Assembly (NCBI GenBank): GCA_965204725.1
Contig: OZ242005.1
Location: forward strand, 3,136,001-3,200,000
DNA length: 64,000 bases
Reading direction: 5' to 3'
Origin: Candidatus Latescibacterota bacterium
Lineage (GTDB): Bacteria; Latescibacterota; UBA2968; UBA8231
In this document: one piece after another, positions 26,627-34,711 of the stretch
How the letters are laid out: every line of letters starts with the position of its first letter
How positions within the stretch are numbered: the first letter of the stretch is position 1
Notes under the pieces: generated by a model
Databases searched by the model: none
What the model was told of the DNA's origin: nothing
Seen by the model: the letters and a program-made list of their open reading frames with translations, nothing else
Program-made: the position numbers and the translations under genes

Positions 26627-26655
26627 AAAGTACGCGGCCCATAAAATCCTGTCAA
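26627..26655 (-). promoter_or_regulatory. Sigma70-type promoter for tRNA-Cys-Leu(-uxuA)
   Basis: TTGACA-17-TACTTT. Confidence 0.7.
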
Positions 26656-26704
26656 CCTGCACCACCCGCTTGTACGACCAAGAATGGGCGCGGCCAAAGG
26701 GCCT

Positions 26705-26732
26705 TTGACATCGCTTGCAAAATCTATACAAT
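26705..26732 (+). promoter_or_regulatory. Sigma70-type promoter for the small coiled-coil gene and thyA
   Basis: TTGACA-16-TACAAT. Confidence 0.65.
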
Positions 26733-26775
26733 AAAAAGAGCATCGTTCCAAGTCGTGAAAACCAAGGAGGTGAGA

Positions 26776-26982
26776 ATGACCTCTACCGAAGAGCGTGTGA
26801 GCAGGATCGAAGGTGCGTATGAACACCTTGCCACCAAAGCAGATGTCATCGCCGTCAAAGCCGATGTGCAGGAACTCAGAAGCGAAATCAGGGCCATGGA
26901 GGCGCGCCTTTTGCTGCGCCTAGGCGGGCTGCTGATAGCCAGCGTCGGCGCGACAGCGGCCATACTGCGTTTCCTGTCTTAG
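26776..26982 (+). CDS. Small coiled-coil protein with C-terminal TM helix (DUF1640-like, 68 aa)
   Basis: AAGGAGG RBS; RVSRIEG...LATKAD; hydrophobic C-terminus. Confidence 0.8.
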   Translation: MTSTEERVSRIEGAYEHLATKADVIAVKADVQELRSEIRAMEARLLLRLGGLLIASVGATAAILRFLS

Positions 26983-27004
26983 CCATCGGCCACCAGCTTC
27001 CACC

Positions 27005-27796
27005 ATGCGACAATACCTCGACCTAGTAGGCCATTGCCTCGACCACGGCGAGGGCAAAGCCGACCGCACGGGCGTCGGCACCCTCGCTGTGTTCGGCTAT
27101 CAGATGCGCTTTGACCTTGCGGCCGGGTTCCCCTGCCTGACCACCAAGAAGCTGCATTTGCGTTCCATTATCCACGAACTGTTATGGTTCCTCAAGGGCG
27201 ACACCAACACGGCCTATTTGCATCAAGAAAACGTCCGCATCTGGGACGAATGGGCCGACGAAAGCGGCGACCTCGGCCCCATCTACGGCAAGCAGTGGCG
27301 CGGTTGGGCCACCGACGACGGCCCCATCGACCAAATTCAACGAGCCGTTGAGCTGATTAAGACCGATCCCGATTCGCGCCGCATCCTCGTCAGCGCGTGG
27401 AACGTCAGCGAGTTGGACCAAATGGCCCTCATGCCCTGCCACTGCCTATTCCAGTTTTTCGTCGCCCGCGGTCGGCTTTCCTGCCAGCTCTATCAACGCT
27501 CTTGCGATGTAGGGCTTGGCGTGCCGTTCAATATCGCCAGCTATAGCCTGCTGACCATGATGATGGCCCAAGTCTGCGGCTTGCAACCTGGGGAATTCGT
27601 CTGGACTGGCGGCGACATCCACATCTACCGCAACCACATCGCCGCGCTGCGCCAACAACTCGCCCGCACGCCCCGGCCGCTGCCGGTGATGACCATTAAA
27701 AATCGCGGCCAGTCGATTTCCGGCTTCCACTACGACGACTTCAAACTACGCAACTACCATCCCCATCCCGCTATCCGCATGGCAATCGCCATCTGA
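27005..27796 (+). CDS. thyA: Thymidylate synthase
   Basis: [40 protein letters not shown]. Confidence 0.97.
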   Translation: MRQYLDLVGHCLDHGEGKADRTGVGTLAVFGYQMRFDLAAGFPCLTTKKLHLRSIIHELLWFLKGDTNTAYLHQENVRIWDEWADESGDLGPIYGKQWRGWATDDGPIDQIQRAVELIKTDPDSRRILVSAWNVSELDQMALMPCHCLFQFFVARGRLSCQLYQRSCDVGLGVPFNIASYSLLTMMMAQVCGLQPGEFVWTGGDIHIYRNHIAALRQQLARTPRPLPVMTIKNRGQSISGFHYDDFKLRNYHPHPAIRMAIAI

Positions 27797-27798
27797 CA

Positions 27799-28155
27799 TC
27801 AGTCTTGCACCAAGGTCTTCACCTGCGGCTGGGCCGCATCGATGGTCCAAGCCCCTATCTGTCCGTCCCCGTCCAAGTCGGCCTGCACCACCAACCAGAA
27901 CTCCTCGTTGACCGGTCGCAACTCCCAAGCATAGCCCTCTACCCGCCACCAAGCGCGCTGAATCTTCTCGTCATTCGGGTCGAAGTAGCGGCCGTACTCG
28001 GCAAAATGGGCCTTTTCGATCAAGTAGAGTTGCTCTAACCGCGCCTCCAATTGGATCAAGCGCCGCTCGTCTGGGGTCACGCGAGAAAAATGCACAACCC
28101 CCAGCCCTGTGAGCACCAACAGCAAAAGCACCACCTCGATCAGTCTCAGCGGCAT
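27799..28155 (-). CDS. Pilin-like small membrane protein
   Basis: LRLIEVVLLLLVL N-terminal helix; EKAHFAEYGRY; ADLDGDG..GAWTID. Confidence 0.5.
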   Translation of the reverse strand: MPLRLIEVVLLLLVLTGLGVVHFSRVTPDERRLIQLEARLEQLYLIEKAHFAEYGRYFDPNDEKIQRAWWRVEGYAWELRPVNEEFWLVVQADLDGDGQIGAWTIDAAQPQVKTLVQD

Positions 28156-29729
28156 GGGATGACTACCTCTTCGACGGTTTGAGCCGCGCCTAAGTCAATC
28201 GGCTCGCCGTAGCGTCCATAAGGCTCGGAATGGTGAAAAGGATGGAGCGAGCCGCGGTCGCACTCGCCGTCGCCGTCGCGATCGACAAACGCCCACAGCA
28301 AGTAGGTGCCGGCCAGCAGGCCAGTCAGCGCAAACCGCCCCTCTTCGTCGGCCCACTCCGCGTACGTCCGCCCCTCTTCGTCGATGGCTGCGACCCGGAC
28401 GCGCCCTATTTCCCCGGCTTGCACCTGCCCCCGAATCGCCGCAGTCTCCGCGCCAACGGTAAAAGAGAGCGCGAGCAGGCTGTCGGCGAGGCCATTGCCG
28501 GCCCGGTCCACGAACCGAGCGGTCGGTCCGACGAGCCGGTACACACCCGGTGCCAACGGTTCGGCCGGTGCGAAACGGGCGCGGTTGGGGGCCGGCCACA
28601 GCCAATCCCCGGCCAATGCGCGCGTCGAATCGCTTTCCGTCCAAAATCCTTCCAACGCGGCCGGCTGCATGGCCTCGGAAAAAAGCAGGTCCAGCGCATC
28701 GCTTGGCGCCAGTCGATCCCTAGCCAGCGTGACGAACGAGGGCGGCTTGCGGTCGGGCCGCGCACTGCCGCGCACGGGCGAGTCCCACTGCACGGGCACC
28801 CCGGCGAGCGCGAGTTGCACGGCATAGGGGCGGCCCGGCTCTTGCGCTTCGGTCTCGACGTACATTTTCTCCTCGGCATCCGGGGCCGCGTACAGCGACT
28901 CCACCGCCAACCCGGCGATCTCTAGCTCCAACTCTTGCGGATCTACGGCCTCGGCAAACAGCAACATCAGCCGCTGGGCGTGTATGGCTTGGACCCGTTT
29001 GAGCGTGGGCGCGGGCGGCTGCCGGCGCACGAGGGCCAAGTCGCCAGCCCGCACCTCTTCCTCGCCCACTTCCACTGGGGCGGCCGGCAGGGCCAGCCAC
29101 TCGTCGGCGTCTGGCAGGGCGTTGCGATTTGCGTCCCTAAAGGCCAGCACCCGATAGCGGCCCGGAGCGAGGCGGGCAAACTCATAGCTCCCGTCGGCCC
29201 CGCTCTGAGTCTGATAGGACGGTTCGTCCAATCCCACCTCCCCGCTAAAAATTCCCAAATCATAGGCCCAAATGTGGACGCCGGCCGCGGGTTGATGGTC
29301 TTGGTACACTCGGCCTCGCACCAAACCCCGATCGAGCTGTGAACCAGTGGCAAAAGCTAAGGTAAAGGATTCCGTCAAGGCATTGCCCCGCAAATCGCGC
29401 GCCCCAGTGCCCACCGTCAGCACATAGGTCCGCTCCTCGGCCAAGGACATGGCAAGGCGCAGCCGCGGACCGCGCCACGACAGTTTTAGCGGCCCGGCCG
29501 GCGAGGTGAAAATAGCGGCTTCGGTCTGCTCGCGGTTCATGGGTTCGCTAAAGACGATCTCTATTTCGGTGTCCCGCGCCACTTCCAAAGCGTCGCGCTC
29601 CGGGTAGTGCGACAGGATGCGGGGTGGCTTTTTATCCACCGGCCCTCCGGTGGGCGGCCCGACTTTGGCGCAGCCCAACAACAGCGCGACCAAGACGCTA
29701 ATCAGCACCGTGCGGATGGGCCTCGGCAT
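28146..29729 (-). CDS. Ig-like (Big_5) domain lipoprotein
   Basis: LLLGCA..GPPTGGP.D..PP lipobox motif; FSEPM; repeated D.D.N/DGDG Ca-binding-like loops. Confidence 0.8.
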   Translation of the reverse strand: MPRPIRTVLISVLVALLLGCAKVGPPTGGPVDKKPPRILSHYPERDALEVARDTEIEIVFSEPMNREQTEAAIFTSPAGPLKLSWRGPRLRLAMSLAEERTYVLTVGTGARDLRGNALTESFTLAFATGSQLDRGLVRGRVYQDHQPAAGVHIWAYDLGIFSGEVGLDEPSYQTQSGADGSYEFARLAPGRYRVLAFRDANRNALPDADEWLALPAAPVEVGEEEVRAGDLALVRRQPPAPTLKRVQAIHAQRLMLLFAEAVDPQELELEIAGLAVESLYAAPDAEEKMYVETEAQEPGRPYAVQLALAGVPVQWDSPVRGSARPDRKPPSFVTLARDRLAPSDALDLLFSEAMQPAALEGFWTESDSTRALAGDWLWPAPNRARFAPAEPLAPGVYRLVGPTARFVDRAGNGLADSLLALSFTVGAETAAIRGQVQAGEIGRVRVAAIDEEGRTYAEWADEEGRFALTGLLAGTYLLWAFVDRDGDGECDRGSLHPFHHSEPYGRYGEPIDLGAAQTVEEVVIPCR

Positions 29730-30657
29730 AGACGGCTTGCAGGTGCTCCAAGCTGACTTCGGTATAGCTTTGAGTCGCGGCCAAGGTCGCGTGCCCGAGG
29801 AGCTCCTTGACGGCCACCAAGTCGGCCCCAGCGTCGAGGAGGTGGGCGGCAAAGGAGTGGCGCAGGCGATGCGGGCTGAGCGAATCGTCTTCCGACACGG
29901 TGCGCAGATGGCGCTCGACGATGCGCTGCACAGAGCGACGGCTCAAGCGCTTGCCGCGCCCGTTGAGAAATAGGGCACCGGCTTCTACTTGGGATATATC
30001 GCATTCGAGCAGGATTTCAGCGCGGCGTTGCAGGTACGCTTTGAGGGCCTCTTGTGCCTTCGCACCAATGGGGGCGACGCGCTCCTTGCGGCCCTTGCCT
30101 AGCACCTTGATGATGCCTTCGACCAGATCGAGCGCCGAGAGGTTGAGCCCGACCAACTCGCCGAGGCGAATGCCCCCGCCGTAGAACACTTCTAGAATGG
30201 CCCGATCCCGCACGCCGCTGAACCGCTCGGTTGAAGGAGCTTCCATGGCCTCGGCAACCTGCTTCACGGGCAGGTGCCGCGGCAAGGCGCGCTCGACCAA
30301 GGGCGAGGCCACCGCCCCAGCCGGGTTGGCCACGAGGGCGCCCTCGCGGCACAGATAGCGGAAGAGCGAGCGCAGGGCCGCCAATTTGCGGGCAACGGTG
30401 CTGGCTTTGAGGCCCCTTTCGTCTAGTAGATCGGCGACAAAGGCCCGAACCTGCGCGCGCTGCACCGCCCGCAGCGGCAGTTGCAAATTATCGACTCGCG
30501 GATAGAGGAAGCGGGCGAATTGCTGCAAGTCGCAGCGATATGAACTGAGGGTGTACTCGGCGTAGTTGCGCTCTTTGTGGAGGTATTCCAAGAAGCGGGC
30601 TATGCCCTCTTCAAGACTGGATCCGGCGTGTAAAGTGCTTTGGGGTACATCGGCCAT
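29698..30657 (-). CDS. xerC: Tyrosine recombinase XerC
   Basis: RDRAILE...GIR..E, GKGRKER, PHRLRHSFA, LLGH, TQSY; downstream of topA. Confidence 0.88.
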   Translation of the reverse strand: MADVPQSTLHAGSSLEEGIARFLEYLHKERNYAEYTLSSYRCDLQQFARFLYPRVDNLQLPLRAVQRAQVRAFVADLLDERGLKASTVARKLAALRSLFRYLCREGALVANPAGAVASPLVERALPRHLPVKQVAEAMEAPSTERFSGVRDRAILEVFYGGGIRLGELVGLNLSALDLVEGIIKVLGKGRKERVAPIGAKAQEALKAYLQRRAEILLECDISQVEAGALFLNGRGKRLSRRSVQRIVERHLRTVSEDDSLSPHRLRHSFAAHLLDAGADLVAVKELLGHATLAATQSYTEVSLEHLQAVYAEAHPHGAD

Positions 30658-30686
30658 GGCGTAGCCAGCCCAGGAGGAAAGAATGC

Positions 30687-32972
30687 TCAGGCGGCTTGGG
30701 CGTTTTTGTCTTTTTCGCCCTCTTCGCTTTCGTACTCGGTACCGCAAACCCGGCAGTGCAGTGCCGGAGCACCCGAGCGGCTGCCCTTTTCGTAGAGCAA
30801 GGCGGCCGCGCAATGCGGACACTTGCGGGCTATGGGGCGGTCCCAACTGGCGAACTTGCACTGGGGATAGGTGCTGCAACCAAAGAATACCTTGCCTTTG
30901 CGTGACCGCTTCTCCACGATTTGGCCCTCGCAGTTATCTTCTGGGCACTGGATCCCGAGGACGTAGGGCTTGACGTTTTTGCAAGCAGGATAGCTGCTAC
31001 AAGCCAAAAAGCGGCCATAGCGACCTATCTTGACGACCATTGGGGCGTTGCACTGATCGCAGACTTCGTCGGTGGGGACCTCGCCTGGCTCTTCGAGGGG
31101 CTTGGTGTTTTTGCACTTGGGATAACCCGAGCACGCGAGGAAGCGGCCGTTGCGGCCCCACTTGACGACCATGGCGGAGCCGCATTCCTCGCAGTTTTCG
31201 TCCGACGCCTCTTGCAGGGCGAGCTTTAGCTCTCTGCGGCGGTTGTTGGCCGCGTCTAAGTCGCCCTTCCACGAGTCGTAGAACTGCTGCACGATCTCCA
31301 CCCAGTTGGTGCCGCCATCTTCGACCCGATCGAGCTTGTCCTCCATGTTGGCCGTGAAAGCTACGTTAAAGAGATGCGGGAAGGTATCTACGAGCAGTTT
31401 GTTGACGGTCTGGCCGCGCTCAGTGGCCACGAAGTAGCGGTTATCGACCTTTTCGACGTACTCGCGGTCGAGGATGGTGGTGATAATTTGCGCGTAGGTC
31501 GAGGGGCGGCCAATGCCTTCGGACTCCAGTTGCTTGACCAAAGACGCCTCGGTAAAGCGCGGTGGCGGTTTGGTAAAGTGCTGCTCAGGGGCGATCTTTT
31601 CTAATTTCAGCACCTCACCCGTGGCAATGTCCGTGGGCACGGCTCGCGACTCGGGCTCTTTCCCTTGGGCGATGCCGTTAGCTCCAGCCTCCGGCTTGTC
31701 CTCTTCCTTGCTCTCGCTATAGAGCAGGGTAAAGCCCGGAAACTTGACGATGCTGCCCGTAGCTCGGAGCGAATAGGGGCCGGCCTCGACATTGGCCGTC
31801 GTGATGCTGAGCACTTGCGGCTTCATCTGCGAGGTCACGAATCGCTTCCAGATCAGGGAGTACACCCGCGCCTGATCGGGCTTGAGCAAGTGCTCAATTT
31901 TGTCTGGATGCAGCACCACAGAGGTGGGGCGTATGGCCTCGTGGGCGTCTTGGGCGCTGTTTTTGGTCCGGTAGTGATTGGGCGTTTCGGGCACGTACTC
32001 GCGGCCGTAGAGGGCATCGATCTGCTCGCGCACCTCGGCGATGGCGTCGGCTGCAACGCGCACCGAATCCGTGCGCATGTACGTAATCAGACCCCGGGTT
32101 TCGCCCTCGACCTCAATGCCTTCGTATAGCTGCTGAGCTACCGCCATGGTGCGCTTGACCGAAAAGCGCATCCGCCGAGCGCATTCTTGCTGCAAGGTGC
32201 TGGTCGTGAAGGGGGGGACCGGCCGGCGCACTTGGTCGCGCTGCTTGACCTCTTTGACGGCTATATCCTGCGTGGCGAGCTCGGAGGCGATGCGATCGGC
32301 CTCCTCCCGATTGCCGATGTCGAGCTTCTCGCCATCTTTGGCCAAAAGACGCGCCCAGAAAGCCCCTCGGCCCTCGCGGCCCAACAGAGCTTCGATTGAC
32401 CAAGACTCCTCGGGAACAAACGCCTTAATCTCGCGGTCGCGGTCGCAGATTAGCCGCACGGCTACGGACTGCACTCGGCCGGCTGAAAGCCCGGAGTGTA
32501 TGACCTTCCACAAGAGCGGACTGATCTCGTAGCCGACCAAGCGGTCCAGCACGCGCCGCGCTTGCTGGGCATTGACCTTGTGCAGATCGAGTACGCCCGA
32601 ATGCTCCAGCGACTCGCGCACGGCTTTGGGGGTGATTTCGTTGAAGAGAATTCGCTTGACGCTGTCGTCCTTGCGAGCGATGGCCTGGGCCACGTGCCAA
32701 GCAATGGCCTCGCCCTCGCGATCGGGGTCGGTGGCCAAGTAGGTCGTATCGGCGGCTTGGGCTGCTTTGCGGAGGCCGCTGAGGATCTTGCCCTTGCCCC
32801 GAATCGTTACGTAGCGCGGCTTGAAGCCGTCTTTAATGTCGATGCCCAGCTCTTTCGGCGGCAGGTCTCGCACGTGCCCCATACAGGGCTTGACCACAAA
32901 ATTTTTGCCCAAAATTTTGTTGATTGTCTTGGCTTTGGCCGGCGACTCGACAACCACCAATGACTTGCCCAT
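30687..32972 (-). CDS. topA: DNA topoisomerase I with Zn ribbons
   Basis: VVESPAKAKTI, ATDPDREGEAI, SAGRVQS, ITYMRTDS, GIGRPSTY, C4 ribbons. Confidence 0.97.
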   Translation of the reverse strand: MGKSLVVVESPAKAKTINKILGKNFVVKPCMGHVRDLPPKELGIDIKDGFKPRYVTIRGKGKILSGLRKAAQAADTTYLATDPDREGEAIAWHVAQAIARKDDSVKRILFNEITPKAVRESLEHSGVLDLHKVNAQQARRVLDRLVGYEISPLLWKVIHSGLSAGRVQSVAVRLICDRDREIKAFVPEESWSIEALLGREGRGAFWARLLAKDGEKLDIGNREEADRIASELATQDIAVKEVKQRDQVRRPVPPFTTSTLQQECARRMRFSVKRTMAVAQQLYEGIEVEGETRGLITYMRTDSVRVAADAIAEVREQIDALYGREYVPETPNHYRTKNSAQDAHEAIRPTSVVLHPDKIEHLLKPDQARVYSLIWKRFVTSQMKPQVLSITTANVEAGPYSLRATGSIVKFPGFTLLYSESKEEDKPEAGANGIAQGKEPESRAVPTDIATGEVLKLEKIAPEQHFTKPPPRFTEASLVKQLESEGIGRPSTYAQIITTILDREYVEKVDNRYFVATERGQTVNKLLVDTFPHLFNVAFTANMEDKLDRVEDGGTNWVEIVQQFYDSWKGDLDAANNRRRELKLALQEASDENCEECGSAMVVKWGRNGRFLACSGYPKCKNTKPLEEPGEVPTDEVCDQCNAPMVVKIGRYGRFLACSSYPACKNVKPYVLGIQCPEDNCEGQIVEKRSRKGKVFFGCSTYPQCKFASWDRPIARKCPHCAAALLYEKGSRSGAPALHCRVCGTEYESEEGEKDKNAQAA

Positions 32973-33133
32973 CTGCTCCCTCGGTTGATAGTAGTACTTA
33001 GCCGTAAGTTACGTAATTTTCTGAATATATAGACGCCCTAATACAACCGCAAGACGCGCTCTTGACAAACCAACGCCATCGCCTTTTTGTACCGCATTTG
33101 GTATTACGCGCTGCATTCTCTGGGGTTTGCACC

Positions 33134-33889
33134 TTGATCCATCGCAAGAAATCAAGCGAAATAGAGCACATTGCCGCTAGCTGCCAAATCGTCTTTGCCG
33201 TCCAGCAAAAGCTCGAAGCACTCATCGCGCCCGGCGTCAGCACCCTCGAGTTGGACCAAGTCGCCGAGGCCGAAATCCGCTCCTTAGGGGGGGTGCCCGC
33301 CTTCAAGGGATACCACGGCTTTCCCTATTCGATTTGCGCTTCTGTAAACGCCGCAATCGTGCATGGGTTCCCCGACAAAACTCCGCTACAAGAGGGCGAC
33401 ATCGTCAGCATTGACGTGGGTGCCCGCCTCGACGGGTACTATGGCGACGGGGCCTTTACGGTCGCAGTCGGCGCGATCAGCGCACGGGCGCAGCACCTCA
33501 TCAAGAGCACCCTCGAATGCCTCGCACAGGGCATTGACCGAGCGCGACCCGGCGGACGTCTCTCCGATATTTCGCACGCCATCCAGCGCCACGCCGAAAG
33601 CCAAGGGCTAGCCGTAGTGCGCGAGTACGGAGGGCACGGTATTGGCCGCGAGCTGCACGAGTCGCCCTATATCGAAAACTATGGCTCGCCCGGCAAAGGC
33701 CCTCGGCTCAAGCCTGGGCACGTATTTTGTATCGAGCCGATTCTTTGTTTAGGCAACCCTCAAATCAACCATCTCGACGACTGGACCATCTTTACCTCCG
33801 ATCGCTCGCTCGCCGCCCATGCCGAACACACCGTGGCCATTGCTGAGGATGGGCCGCGAATTTTGACCCTGCCCGCTGTGCCGGCATGA
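33134..33889 (+). CDS. map: Methionine aminopeptidase type I (TTG start inferred)
   Basis: SVN..IVHG.P, SIDVG, GDGAFT, GHGIG.ELHE, IEP, HAEHT. Confidence 0.93.
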   Translation: MIHRKKSSEIEHIAASCQIVFAVQQKLEALIAPGVSTLELDQVAEAEIRSLGGVPAFKGYHGFPYSICASVNAAIVHGFPDKTPLQEGDIVSIDVGARLDGYYGDGAFTVAVGAISARAQHLIKSTLECLAQGIDRARPGGRLSDISHAIQRHAESQGLAVVREYGGHGIGRELHESPYIENYGSPGKGPRLKPGHVFCIEPILCLGNPQINHLDDWTIFTSDRSLAAHAEHTVAIAEDGPRILTLPAVPA

Positions 33890-34644
33890 AGGTCACCTTC
33901 CTCGGCACCGGCACCTCTATCGGGGTGCCGCGCATCGGCTGCTACTGCCCGGTTTGCACCTCGGACGACCCCAAAAACAAGCGCTTGCGCTGCGCCTTAC
34001 ACCTAGCGTATCAAGGTCGGTCCATCCTCGTAGATGCCGGGCCGGATCTCAGAACCCAAGCCCTGCGCTATCGGATCGACCGCGTCGATTGCGTGTTGTT
34101 GACCCACGGCCATGCCGATCACCTGCACGGCCTCGACGACGTGCGCTCCTATTGCTTTGACCGCGACCAACCCCTGCCCTGCTACGCGGACCCGCTCACC
34201 ATTGCCCGCATCGAACGGGTCTTCGACTACGCCTTTGACAAAGACGCCCCCAGCGCGACGCCGCAGCTTGCCCTGCGTCCGATTGCCGGGCCGTTCACAG
34301 CCTGTGGGCTGGCCATTGAGCCGCTCACCATCTATCACGGCCGCGCCCCGGTCCTCGCCTTCCGCATCGGCGACTTCGCCTACGCCACGGACACGAACTG
34401 CATCCCGGCGGCGGCCATGGCGCGGCTACGCGGTCTAGAGGTGTTGGTCCTCGACGCACTGCGCCACCAAGAACATCCCACCCATTTCAACGTCGAGCAG
34501 GCGTTGGCCATCGCCGCCGAGCTCCGGCCGGCCCGCACGTACTTCACGCATATAGCCCACGACCTCGACCACCATCAGACCAATGCCGAACTGCCCCCGG
34601 GCGTCCAGCTCGCCTACGACGGATTGGTGCTGGAGCTAAAATAA
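33886..34644 (+). CDS. MBL-fold metallohydrolase, PhnP-like
   Basis: LGTGTS.GVP.IGC.C.VC, THGHADHLHGLDD, THF, THIAH. Confidence 0.9.
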   Translation: MKVTFLGTGTSIGVPRIGCYCPVCTSDDPKNKRLRCALHLAYQGRSILVDAGPDLRTQALRYRIDRVDCVLLTHGHADHLHGLDDVRSYCFDRDQPLPCYADPLTIARIERVFDYAFDKDAPSATPQLALRPIAGPFTACGLAIEPLTIYHGRAPVLAFRIGDFAYATDTNCIPAAAMARLRGLEVLVLDALRHQEHPTHFNVEQALAIAAELRPARTYFTHIAHDLDHHQTNAELPPGVQLAYDGLVLELK

Positions 34645-34646
34645 AC

Positions 34647-34679
34647 GAGGACGCCGCCGGTTTCCCGACGACGTCCTCG
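34647..34679. terminator. Hairpin between convergent MBL gene and nrdJ
   Basis: cgaggacgccgccgg...ccgacgacgtcctcg. Confidence 0.55.
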
Positions 34680-34711
34680 CCTCAAGCAAAAAGCACGATT
34701 CCGGCTTTAGC

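Noticed and set aside
29698-30657. Phage or island integrase near the tRNA cluster
   Set aside because: XerC-like sequence in the usual topA-xerC context; no att duplication of tRNA 3' ends and no phage genes
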